The translations under genes were made by a program, and so were the position numbers. Shown in pieces: positions 9,337-19,000 of a stretch of DNA of 36,074 nucleotides. Source of the stretch: a virus. Taxonomy: Duplodnaviria > Caudoviricetes. Where the stretch lies: positions 1-36,074 of the IMG/VR virus record IMGVR_UViG_3300025018_000322. One strand, 5' to 3'. The notes under the pieces are model-generated. The model ran no database searches. It was not told the DNA's origin and saw only the letters and a list, made by a program, of their open reading frames with translations. Position 1 is the first letter of the stretch; every line of letters begins with the position of its first letter.

Positions 9337-10173
9337 ATGGCTATTAACGCAGCAACAAAGTTTGAGAAAAAGACTTCTGAGTTGCTTTACACAGTCCGCA
9401 AAACCAAGCTTGTAACCAACCAAGACTGGAGCTGGGACGGCGTAGAGACAATTAAGATCTATACTCTTACAGACCCAACAATCGGTAACTACGACCCAAG
9501 CGGTGGTGCTAACCGATACGGAAACCCTACAGAAGTAGAAGACACAGTACAAACATTTACATTGAGCCGTGACCGTTCATGGACAAAGACTATCGACAAG
9601 TCAAACTACCAAGACACTCAGATGATTCGAAAACCAGCTAAGTATCTTGCACAGGCTACCCGAAACGTACTTGTTCCTGAAATGGACACATACATCATTC
9701 AGTCAATCGTGACTGCTGGTGAAACTTACAGCCGTGACGACATCGTCAGTGACGCAGCTACAACTGCATCAAACGCTTACACTAACCTTACAGACATCGT
9801 TGCTGACATTGTTGACAACGACGGCCCAACTGAAGGTCTTGTGGCACTTGCAACACCTGCGTACATCGCAAAACTAAAGCAAGCAACGCTATTTGACTCA
9901 AGTGACGTAGGTCTTAAAGACCGTAAGTCTGGTGTTGTAGCTAAACTTGACGGCGTAAAGATTGTATCAGTACCAAGCTCACGTATGCCGACTAACACTG
10001 ACCTTGTGGTTACTCACCCAATGGTTTGTGTCGCTCCAGAAAAGCTTGTTGACTACACTCTACACGAGAACGCTCCTGGTATTTCAGGTCAACTTCTTGA
10101 GTACCGTCACCGTTACGACGCATTTGTTGATGTAAACAAGATCAACGCAGTCGGGATTCACAAGACCGCCTAG
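9337..10173 (+). CDS. Major capsid protein (HK97 fold, N4-gp56-like by recall)
   Basis: Position; GVETIKIYT, FTLSRDRSW, PEMDTY, GVVAKLDGVKIVSVP, GQLLEYRHRYDAFV. Confidence 0.85.
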   Translation: MAINAATKFEKKTSELLYTVRKTKLVTNQDWSWDGVETIKIYTLTDPTIGNYDPSGGANRYGNPTEVEDTVQTFTLSRDRSWTKTIDKSNYQDTQMIRKPAKYLAQATRNVLVPEMDTYIIQSIVTAGETYSRDDIVSDAATTASNAYTNLTDIVADIVDNDGPTEGLVALATPAYIAKLKQATLFDSSDVGLKDRKSGVVAKLDGVKIVSVPSSRMPTNTDLVVTHPMVCVAPEKLVDYTLHENAPGISGQLLEYRHRYDAFVDVNKINAVGIHKTA

Positions 10174-10212
10174 TACGTCTTCTACCTAAGTTTTAAACTA
10201 AGGAGATAAGAA

Positions 10213-10398
10213 ATGTCACTAAAAAAAGAACAAATAATTGAGATTCAGCTAGCCGCAAAACGCAACTTCGCCAAGAGGGAGCGTGAGCGACAAGAGGAGA
10301 AAGAGTACAAGGAAGAGCTTATTCAAGCAATCGCCGAGTCGAAAGCTCCAAAAGTAAAGGCTGAAAAGCCCGAAGCTGAATCAAAGAAAGGTAAATAG
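10213..10398 (+). CDS. Small charged post-capsid protein
   Basis: AAGGAG RBS. Confidence 0.7.
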   Translation: MSLKKEQIIEIQLAAKRNFAKRERERQEEKEYKEELIQAIAESKAPKVKAEKPEAESKKGK

Positions 10399-10400
10399 AA

Positions 10401-10775
10401 ATGGCTATCGATGCAACAGGTGTCAACATAGGCGGATTTGGATATCAGACAAAAGAAGATATCTCAGCCTCTACGTTGACTACCGATCTAAACGACAGTG
10501 GTAAAGTTCTTAACTTCACTGCTACTTGCGTAGTTACACTTCATGCTGTAGCTGACGGTGAAACACTAACTTTCCGAGTTGGCGCACCAGGAATCACATT
10601 AACACTTAGCCCAGCTGCTGCTGATGGCATTAAAGGATGTGACAACACTGGGACTGATAACAAGGATATCGTATTTACTAACCAACCAGTAGGCAGTTTT
10701 GTCACATTGGTCGGTGGTAATGCAGATGCTTGGGTCATATCAGCAGTCAGTGGTGCATTTACCGCTGAAGCATAG
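10401..10775 (+). CDS. Probable capsid decoration/structural protein
   Basis: Beta-rich, G/T/A-rich; DSGKVL..VTL..DG.TLTF pattern; position. Confidence 0.55.
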   Translation: MAIDATGVNIGGFGYQTKEDISASTLTTDLNDSGKVLNFTATCVVTLHAVADGETLTFRVGAPGITLTLSPAAADGIKGCDNTGTDNKDIVFTNQPVGSFVTLVGGNADAWVISAVSGAFTAEA

Positions 10776-10785
10776 GCAATAACGG

Positions 10786-10848
10786 GGATATTACACCCAC
10801 CGATAGCGTAGTTATTAAATTAACCAGAACGCTACGGGTGTACTATCC
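10786..10848. promoter_or_regulatory. Interrupted long hairpin at end of capsid operon
   Basis: GGATA/TATCC, TACACCC/GGGTGTA, TAGCGT/ACGCTA, GTTA/TAAC; no U-tract. Confidence 0.6.
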
Positions 10849-10872
10849 ACCATATAAGGTATAATAAAACTT

Positions 10873-11811
10873 ATGAATACACCTCTCGACCGGATAAAAC
10901 AAGCTAATGAATTAAAACAGCGCACGACCCTTGAGAACAAACGTCAAGAAGAAACTATTGACGCCATTATGAATACTCAAGAAACTATCCTGCGTTCTTT
11001 TAAGGCATTAGTAGACTACCTCGACCGAAAGGTCACAAAGACAGAGGTAGTCAATCAATTTAAGAGTATCCGCACCCCAGACGCCCTAGAGGTTGCCAAA
11101 TCTGTTGAATCACTTCACGAAACAATCAAGACTCACGAAAATACTGATTTAACCGAAACGGTTAAGGCCCTGAATGCTATTCTTGATGAAGCTAAGAAGC
11201 TACCAAAAGAAATTCCGACCGTTGATATACCTAAACCTTTAGACTTCTCTGACCAGCTAAAAGACATATCTCAGGCCATGAGTGACGTTGAGCAAGCCAT
11301 TAAGTCACAGGAGACCACCATAGAAGCGCCTGTGGTGAACATAGACGCTCCAGTCGTAAAAGTAGAAGCCCCAGACCTCAAACCTCTTCAGAAGGCCTCT
11401 AACGAGCTATTGAAGGCGGTAAAGGCAATCGTCATACCAGAAGTAAAACCTACCGACATTACGCCACTCCTTAAAGAACAGAAGAAAACCAACAAAATAC
11501 TTGAAGAACTCCCAATGGGCGGTGGTGGCGGTGGCAGTATTCCAACCACCTATCAAACTAGCGAGGGCGACCCAACTCAAGTCCAAACTACCCCCCAGGG
11601 TGAAGTACCTATAGCTACAGCCTCTCTCGACCTTCAGGTCGATGACACTGGAACATACACCTATCTAGGGAGTGCTTCGCCAGGTACTGCTACGTCTGAA
11701 AGTTTATGGCGCATTAAACGGGTAACAAATGCTAGCGGGGTGATTACACACGCTGACGGCACAAGTTTATTTAATAAAGAATGGGACGAAAGGATAGGCT
11801 ATACTTATTAG
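10873..11811 (+). CDS. Probable virion structural protein; probably leaderless
   Basis: TATAAT 10860-10865 lies 7 nt before ATG with no SD; coiled-coil, poly-Gly hinge, C-terminal YLGSASPG...WRIKRV module. Confidence 0.65.
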   Translation: MNTPLDRIKQANELKQRTTLENKRQEETIDAIMNTQETILRSFKALVDYLDRKVTKTEVVNQFKSIRTPDALEVAKSVESLHETIKTHENTDLTETVKALNAILDEAKKLPKEIPTVDIPKPLDFSDQLKDISQAMSDVEQAIKSQETTIEAPVVNIDAPVVKVEAPDLKPLQKASNELLKAVKAIVIPEVKPTDITPLLKEQKKTNKILEELPMGGGGGGSIPTTYQTSEGDPTQVQTTPQGEVPIATASLDLQVDDTGTYTYLGSASPGTATSESLWRIKRVTNASGVITHADGTSLFNKEWDERIGYTY

Positions 11812-11874
11812 TATGAAAGATATAATTTTACAACCCAAAGGCAAGAAAATAACAATAAAGAAAGGTAAATTATA

Positions 11875-12261
11875 ATGGCAGAATTACTACCAGACGCAAC
11901 AATAGATTCGTTTTTGGACATCATTGCAGACGGTGCAACACGAGTAGACGTATGTTCAACCCAACCAACAACCTATGCAGAGGCAACGTCAACCTACACA
12001 CTAGGAAACACTACCCTCACATCAGGAGGTGGTGGCGGTGACTGGACAATCGGAAACGGTGATACGAGTGGTCGAAAACTTACTCTCGCACAACAGACAG
12101 GCATATCAGCCTCAGGAACGGGCACAGCAGCACACATTGCCTTTACTGACGGCGTAAGCACCTTATACGCAGTAGCAACCTGTACGTCTCAAAGCGTAAC
12201 CTCAGGTAATACGATAACGATCAACTCATTCGACGTTCTTGAGATAAACGACCCTAGTTAG
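11875..12261 (+). CDS. Tail/appendage structural protein
   Basis: T/G-rich beta protein; GAAAGGT RBS. Confidence 0.6.
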   Translation: MAELLPDATIDSFLDIIADGATRVDVCSTQPTTYAEATSTYTLGNTTLTSGGGGGDWTIGNGDTSGRKLTLAQQTGISASGTGTAAHIAFTDGVSTLYAVATCTSQSVTSGNTITINSFDVLEINDPS

Positions 12262-12269
12262 GATTTGAC

Positions 12270-13400
12270 ATGCCAACAGATGTCTACATCTCAGGCGACA
12301 CCCTTACAATAACCACGCAAACAGGCGGCACTAGTGACGGTATTCTGATTATCTATGGTGAGCCTCACTTTAAGAAGGCTCGTTATTTATTAAACGTAGA
12401 CAACAGCACAGACTACTGGATAATCTCAAAAAATCTTCCAGTTAAATTAGGCGGGATTGGTGACCTACCAGAGATACTGATTCAAAAGTACCTCAATGAT
12501 ATAGTCTCAACCGAGATTAACCAAAACCACGTATTATCAGCTCAAGAGATGATTCTTGCTACCATCATGCGTAACGCAAGCCTTGTAGACAACGGGGTAC
12601 TTATTGACGGGGATGAACTTTCTTTGAGTACAATTATGCGCTCTACAATCATAGCTCAAGCCCACATGCTAACATCTCAAACCTTGGATATCTCAACACT
12701 TATAGATACAGGCACAATAAACCAACTTCACTACCTATCTAGCCAAACAGTAAATATTCAGACTTCACAAGACGGTACGACGATCAACCAAACCCATCTA
12801 TTATCTGGTCAAGCAATGTCCCTTGATACCCAAATTGACAGCACGTCGATAAGTCAGAACCACGTCATTATTGGCGGAACACTCGACCTACAGCTTATAA
12901 TGGATAACGCCTCAATCAATCAAGCTCTTACCCTACTTGCAAACGGCATGACAGTCGCCACCGAGATAGATCAAGCGTCGGTGAACATAATCAATATACT
13001 CACTCCTGAGGGAATGTCCGTAGCGGTAGCGATAGACGGCGGTGCTATTGCTCAGATACACAACCTATCCCCACAAACAATAGACGTTACCACTGACCAA
13101 GACGTCGCCAGTATTGCTCAGACTCACATCCTACCGCCACAAGACGCAACGGCTGGAACTAATATGGGGACAGGTACAATCTCTCAAACGCATGTGTTAA
13201 ATGGTGATAAAATAACCATAGCGACCATTCAAGACTCAACTACCGTGTCACAGATTCACATCATTATTTCTCAAACACTAGACAGTTCTACCGTAATAGA
13301 TTCAGCTACAATAGAGGAAACGATTAACAACCAACGTATCACCAGCAACGGAGACGGACGAATAACAACTAACGGAGACTTCCGAGTCTATAAAGGATAA
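12270..13400 (+). CDS. Repetitive fibre/appendage protein
   Basis: About ten ~26-aa repeats with I-x-Q-x-H-x-[LI] ... T-x-x-D periodicity. Confidence 0.65.
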   Translation: MPTDVYISGDTLTITTQTGGTSDGILIIYGEPHFKKARYLLNVDNSTDYWIISKNLPVKLGGIGDLPEILIQKYLNDIVSTEINQNHVLSAQEMILATIMRNASLVDNGVLIDGDELSLSTIMRSTIIAQAHMLTSQTLDISTLIDTGTINQLHYLSSQTVNIQTSQDGTTINQTHLLSGQAMSLDTQIDSTSISQNHVIIGGTLDLQLIMDNASINQALTLLANGMTVATEIDQASVNIINILTPEGMSVAVAIDGGAIAQIHNLSPQTIDVTTDQDVASIAQTHILPPQDATAGTNMGTGTISQTHVLNGDKITIATIQDSTTVSQIHIIISQTLDSSTVIDSATIEETINNQRITSNGDGRITTNGDFRVYKG

Positions 13401-13403
13401 ATC

Positions 13404-14282
13404 ATGGCCAACGTAGAGATCAGCGACCTAACAAACAAAGCAACACCCACTTCAACTGACGAGATTGAAATACAAGAAACCGCAGGGGGCGACTCCCAGA
13501 AGGCAACACTGGGTAGCCTTCCTGTCTCTACGACAACTCAAACAGCCCTAAACGCAAAACAAGCCACTCTGGTTTCTGGTACAAACATCAGAACTATCAA
13601 TGGTAACACCTTGCTTGGCTCGACAAACCTTACGACACCAAACACTACCTACGCTGAAATAACTGAAGCTGAAATTACTACAGGTACAGCCTCTACCCCA
13701 CGAGCAATATCGGGGCGTAGAGCTGAGTTTATTAAGACCAAAGCCGTAACTGAGGCGAACAGCTATACCGACACAGAGGTTGGCTCACTGACAAAATTAG
13801 ATCTAGGTCTTGAAAACGTCGATAACACTAGTGACGCCACAAAAAACTCTGCAGCGGTAACGCTTACAAATAAAACCATAAACGGTCCAGACAATACCTT
13901 AACAAATATATCTGGAGCTAGCCTTGACGGTACGTATAGGGTTCTACGGCAGAATGACACAACCAATACAACTAGCACCACATCTAAAATATTGACTGGC
14001 TGGGGAGCTTTCACATTTAGTTCGTCTGTAAGCGGTTTTATAGAGACAGTTACCCTTCCTGAGACTTTATCGGCAGTTCCTATAGTTAGTGTAACTTTTG
14101 GGGGTGACCAGACGTCTGGTAGTGTTGTACTGGGTAACGGCGGTAACAGCGTAAAAGCTGGTGGGTTTATTAAAGCCTACGATGTTACTACAACCAACTT
14201 CAAGGTTCGGTTTGTGACAAGTGACGGCACAAATTATTCAAGCGGGAACATTGCTTATTATCATTGGCAAGCGGTTGTTTGA
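13404..14282 (+). CDS. Tail fibre / receptor-binding protein
   Basis: KQATLVSGTNIRTING and LGLENVDNTSDATK fibre motifs; C-terminal beta domain ending YYHWQAVV. Confidence 0.75.
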   Translation: MANVEISDLTNKATPTSTDEIEIQETAGGDSQKATLGSLPVSTTTQTALNAKQATLVSGTNIRTINGNTLLGSTNLTTPNTTYAEITEAEITTGTASTPRAISGRRAEFIKTKAVTEANSYTDTEVGSLTKLDLGLENVDNTSDATKNSAAVTLTNKTINGPDNTLTNISGASLDGTYRVLRQNDTTNTTSTTSKILTGWGAFTFSSSVSGFIETVTLPETLSAVPIVSVTFGGDQTSGSVVLGNGGNSVKAGGFIKAYDVTTTNFKVRFVTSDGTNYSSGNIAYYHWQAVV

Positions 14283-14449
14283 CGTGGATAAGCCTCGTGG
14301 AGTATGGAAAAACAGCCAGAACTATGTTACAATGTAACCAATCAGCCGAAAGGCGAGGACCAACTGCATCGTCAGAAGTCACCATTTCTACCAAAATGAG
14401 GAAAATGGCAATCAAAACAATTGTTATTTAACTTATTAGGAGAAATTAT

Positions 14450-15607
14450 ATGTCATTTTTAGGAGACATAGCTAAAAACGTAGGAAACTTTACAGATGAT
14501 GTAGGCACCAATTTTAATCTGCCAGAAATCGGACTTTCCGAGTTTTATGCTGGAGGTAACCGAACGTCAAACACTGGTCGAATAGATTACGACAAAGACC
14601 TTGCAAATTTCTATGGTGGGGCAACGGGTAACATGGGCTACGGCACTATTTCAGACGCTGCGTTTCATAACGCCTCTATGCAACCAACAGGTCAAGAAAT
14701 ACTAGGAGAAGAAGATCAAAAAGAAGACCCAACATCACCATCTGGCGATACAGGTACTGGTCTCGGTGTCGGAACTGGCGGTGGAGGTACTAGCTACTCG
14801 GCTTCAGACCTAGCTTACCTCGACGACCAAATTAAAGAACTTCAACGTCAACAGGGTCGTTATGACTCCACGCTTAATCAAGGGCTTACAAGCCTTGGAG
14901 ACAGCTACAACAAACAATTAAGCCGTCAGAACCAGTCTCGTTCACGAGCCTTGGAAAACTTTGGCGTGCAACGCTCAGACACTGAAATGGGTAAGAACCA
15001 AGCAATTGGACAAGTAGACACTAACGCCCGCACTCTTGCAGATAGCGTACGACGCCTTTTAGGGCTTTCTGGCGGTACAGATTCATCTGCATACAACATC
15101 GCAGCACCAAACGCCGTAGCCCGTCAAGCAACCCAGCAACGCTCAGGTGTATTGAGTGATTACGGTCAGAACTTCCGTGACCTCGGCATGGCAGAGAACC
15201 GTGCAAAGACAGACTTTGAACAGCTACTCGACGATTTACTTGAACAACGCAACCAACGCGAAAGCTCGCTACGCTCAGGCGTACTTGAGGGTAAGAATCA
15301 AATTTCTACCCAACTCGCAGACGCAGCACGTGAGAAACAAGCGCTACTAGGTGGTGGATATGACCAAGCACGTCAAGCATCTCAGGGATACGTGGACGAC
15401 ATTCAAAGACGAGAGAGCGCCCTTGATAACCTATTTAACCAGTTCCGCACTCCATATAATGTCCAAGACGTAAACGTACAAACGCCAGAACTTCGGGACT
15501 ACACTGTAGACCGTGCAGCAATTAACGCCAACCGTGGTGGACAACAGAGTCCATATGCACCATACGCACAACTATTGCGACGACAAGAAGAAGAGGAACA
15601 ACGATAA
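14450..15607 (+). CDS. Probable ejection (DNA pilot) protein
   Basis: Q/G/A-rich helical protein; own promoter-like TGTTACAAT near 14325 and AGGAG RBS. Confidence 0.6.
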   Translation: MSFLGDIAKNVGNFTDDVGTNFNLPEIGLSEFYAGGNRTSNTGRIDYDKDLANFYGGATGNMGYGTISDAAFHNASMQPTGQEILGEEDQKEDPTSPSGDTGTGLGVGTGGGGTSYSASDLAYLDDQIKELQRQQGRYDSTLNQGLTSLGDSYNKQLSRQNQSRSRALENFGVQRSDTEMGKNQAIGQVDTNARTLADSVRRLLGLSGGTDSSAYNIAAPNAVARQATQQRSGVLSDYGQNFRDLGMAENRAKTDFEQLLDDLLEQRNQRESSLRSGVLEGKNQISTQLADAAREKQALLGGGYDQARQASQGYVDDIQRRESALDNLFNQFRTPYNVQDVNVQTPELRDYTVDRAAINANRGGQQSPYAPYAQLLRRQEEEEQR

Positions 15608-15990
15608 TGGATATCCTCAACTCTTTTATTAGCTTTCTAAAGGGTGAAAAGGAAGACCCAAGGGTTGAACAACCTCGCCAACCCCTTATGACTGGTCAGC
15701 CGATAACTCGAGAGTATATGCAAAGCTATACGCCACAGACACGTAGGCTTGCTGAAGCATACAACCAAAACCCTCAAGACGATCGTATGCTCGGGGTTGA
15801 CCCAAAGATATTTGGATACGAACCAGACGCAGAATCTAATGACCTACAACCTAGTGGTGGTCGATCTAACAATATGTACCAATTGAGACGACCAAACTCA
15901 TCTATTACCGGTGCAATTGACCCAAGGCTTCAGGTGATGAGAGGCCAGACACCGTGGTCTCCAGGTGAAGGTCCACGAACAAATTTTTAG
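15607..15990 (+). CDS. Probable small internal virion protein
   Basis: TAATG coupling; low-complexity P/Q; between ejection-like genes. Confidence 0.55.
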   Translation: MDILNSFISFLKGEKEDPRVEQPRQPLMTGQPITREYMQSYTPQTRRLAEAYNQNPQDDRMLGVDPKIFGYEPDAESNDLQPSGGRSNNMYQLRRPNSSITGAIDPRLQVMRGQTPWSPGEGPRTNF

Positions 15991-16000
15991 GAGGTTCTAA

Positions 16001-19000
16001 ATGGCGTACAGCCTTCGACCAGACCGCTTCAGAGATGAACTTGAAACATACAAGCCAAGAGTGGCTACTACTAGTGTTGCCCCAGTTCAACAACAAGTAG
16101 CTTCTACTGCACAGCCGTATAGTTTTAAACAGCGAGACGATAAAGGTTTTGACTTCTTTAAAGGTAACCAAAAAACAACCATAGAAGACTACGCAAAGGG
16201 AATAGGTCGAGAGACCTCCGAAATTAGAGGGGCGCTTGCAGGTGCTGAAGACAAGCAGTCTCAAGAAATACTTACAAAACGATACTACGAGAAGCAACCC
16301 GAAGTTCAGAAGTTTAATCAGTCTGACGTATACGACCAACGTAAAAGGCTCTCTGAGCTACAAGGGCTTGCAGGCCGTACCGAGTTTAACTCTCAAAAAG
16401 ACATCGACAACGCAAAGTGGGCGCAAGGGCAACTTTCTGCAATCGAACAAGCGGGAAAAAACCAAGCTGGAAACCCTATTACCTTCCTACAGTATATGGT
16501 TGGGCTTTCGGCTGATACTTACGGCAGGCTTGCTCAAGGTGGAGGTAGGGCGCTTGATGAGTTCACTGTTGGTTCTCAGAGAAAACTAGACGATTCTCGA
16601 ATAAAGAATATTGAGTCAATGAACCAAATGCGTAATCAGCTTATTCAGCGCTACTCTCAAGGCCCGGTAGTGGGAAATGTCACCGAAAGAATGTCGCCTC
16701 AAGACCGTCAACTTTATGAGGGATTGACCGAAAGACTCGCCGCTCAACAAGCCACAGTAAATGCAACTAGTCAGAAAATACAAGACGAAGCTGACCCAGT
16801 TAAATATGCAGCCGCGGCTGGAACTGCAGTCTTAGACCTTGCGACCCTTGGTGCTGGCTCAAAACTTCTCACTACAGCAGCACGTGGACTTGTGCCAGGA
16901 GCAACGCAAACAGGTAGCAAGTTATTGAACTTTGGACAAACTGTTCTTGCTCCTCAGGGGATTAAGCAAGGGCTTACGTCATATGCTACTCTAGGATTTG
17001 GCTATGGTACAGCGGGTACAGCCGAACAACTAGGCTCACAAGCTACACTTGGAGACTATGCGATGGGCGGTGCAACTGGAGCGTTACTTGGTTCAGCGCT
17101 CGGCACGGCAGTACCAACCGCAGCTAAACTCTTTAACGCTGGTCGCACGGCTTTAGGTAAGACTGGTACAAAAGCTCAAAGAATGATAGATATAGATAAT
17201 CAAGCAAGAACCGCAGCTCAAGAATATTCACGAGAACTCGCCCAAGCAGACCCACGAGTAGTCAATGCACTCGAAACCGCACAAACCAAAACAGCTCAAG
17301 CCAACCAACTCATAGACCGAGGCCTCAGCCCCAACTCCCCAGATGTACGCCTACTACAAAGAGAAGCGCAACAAGCTACCCAATTTGCAGACGACACCGC
17401 CAACCGTATAGCTAATGAACAATACCAACAGCAATACAACACTTTTGCAAAACAACTTGAAACAGAAGCTCGAGGCTCAGACCGACGAGCAGGTGTAGAA
17501 GAATTGCGTGACATTAACAGAGAAGTCCGACAACTTGTGCCGGGCGGTACACTTGATGCGCCGTTAGGTCGTACGCCGAGAGTTTTGACCGAAGAGCAGT
17601 ACCTAGCACAAAACGGTGCATCGTTTATGGATGGGGCTGAACCAGCCCTTCAACAGAACAGAATACCTACTAAAAGAGGACAGTCTGATGCTGTCAATTC
17701 TGCAATGGGGCGAATGTCTGAGAACAATGCAAGGCGTGAGGCGCTACGAGCCGAGTATAAGACTAAGATTGCAAGCGGTGAGATAGTAGAACCAAGCTCT
17801 ATCGAAAGATTGATAGAAAGGGCAAATGGTCTACCTGAAAACGAAAGTACTCAGGCGGCACGAAGGTTACTAGAAAAAAGAGGTATCAACCTCAAAGATG
17901 TTATAGGTAGTAAAACCCCAAAGACCGCTCGAGTATGGGTAAAAAGCAAGTTCTCAGACAAGGGTGGGTATAGTGACTATCCTATAATCAGGCAAGAGGA
18001 TAATATAACCTTGTATCAGGGCGGAAAGGCCAATGACAATAGGCAATTTTGGACGCCAAACAGAAAATATGCTGAACAGTTCGGAGACGTAAGGGAAAAG
18101 ACAGGTTCATTTTACAAAATTGACAATGGCAACAAGCTAACAGACGTATACGTAGAAGTTGCTAAAAGTGGTGATACCCCAACCACGCCATCAAGACTAA
18201 GTAGAGACACGTCACCAGAAGCACCAACAAACCAACAAGGCCAAAATACGCCACAACGCCAATTATCAGAAGACCTACCCCAAGAGGTAAAAACTCGCCT
18301 GAATACTTTAGCTGATACTTCACAACGTACTCCTAATGCTTATAATGATACACTAAACACTCCATTAGGTGAAGTCCTCGGGGACTTACGTATGGACGCT
18401 ACGAATAAAATGCCCGATTGGAACGCCCCGGCAGCTTCAGCACGTTCTAACAGCGCCCAGAGACTAGCGGACGACCTTAACCAGAACCAAAAACTTAACA
18501 AAGCAGCGGCAGACGCCCAGCAAAGTGGTGAAGAGATAAACTTCTACGCCAAAAAGGACAAAAACGATCGCTCAGTGGGAATTGAACGGTTCGACCCTCG
18601 TACCCAAAAGATTGAGTCTGGCTTTGTAACAGACAGAGACGGCAACGTACTCGGAAACCACATTAAAGTGGACAAGACGGGTATTCAGGTGAACGTTGGC
18701 GGTGAATTGATAAACATGGAGCGAGTTCTTGGAGACGCAAGTCAATGGAAGGGTAAGTACCGAGTAGGTGAAACAATCAGCCGAAACATCGACTCAAACG
18801 CCCCAAGTAAAGAGGTGGCTGATGCAACTAAGGACTTCTTGGTAGCAAACAAGAGAGCGGCCGAATCTAAATACAAGACAGAACTCAAGAAGACATACGA
18901 TGAGCTTGGAGAGAGAATTGATACGGTTAAATCAGCTCGCCCTAGTGGTGTATCGAAGAAAGACTTTAACGAGAACATATTTGCCCTTCTCAACGGAGAC

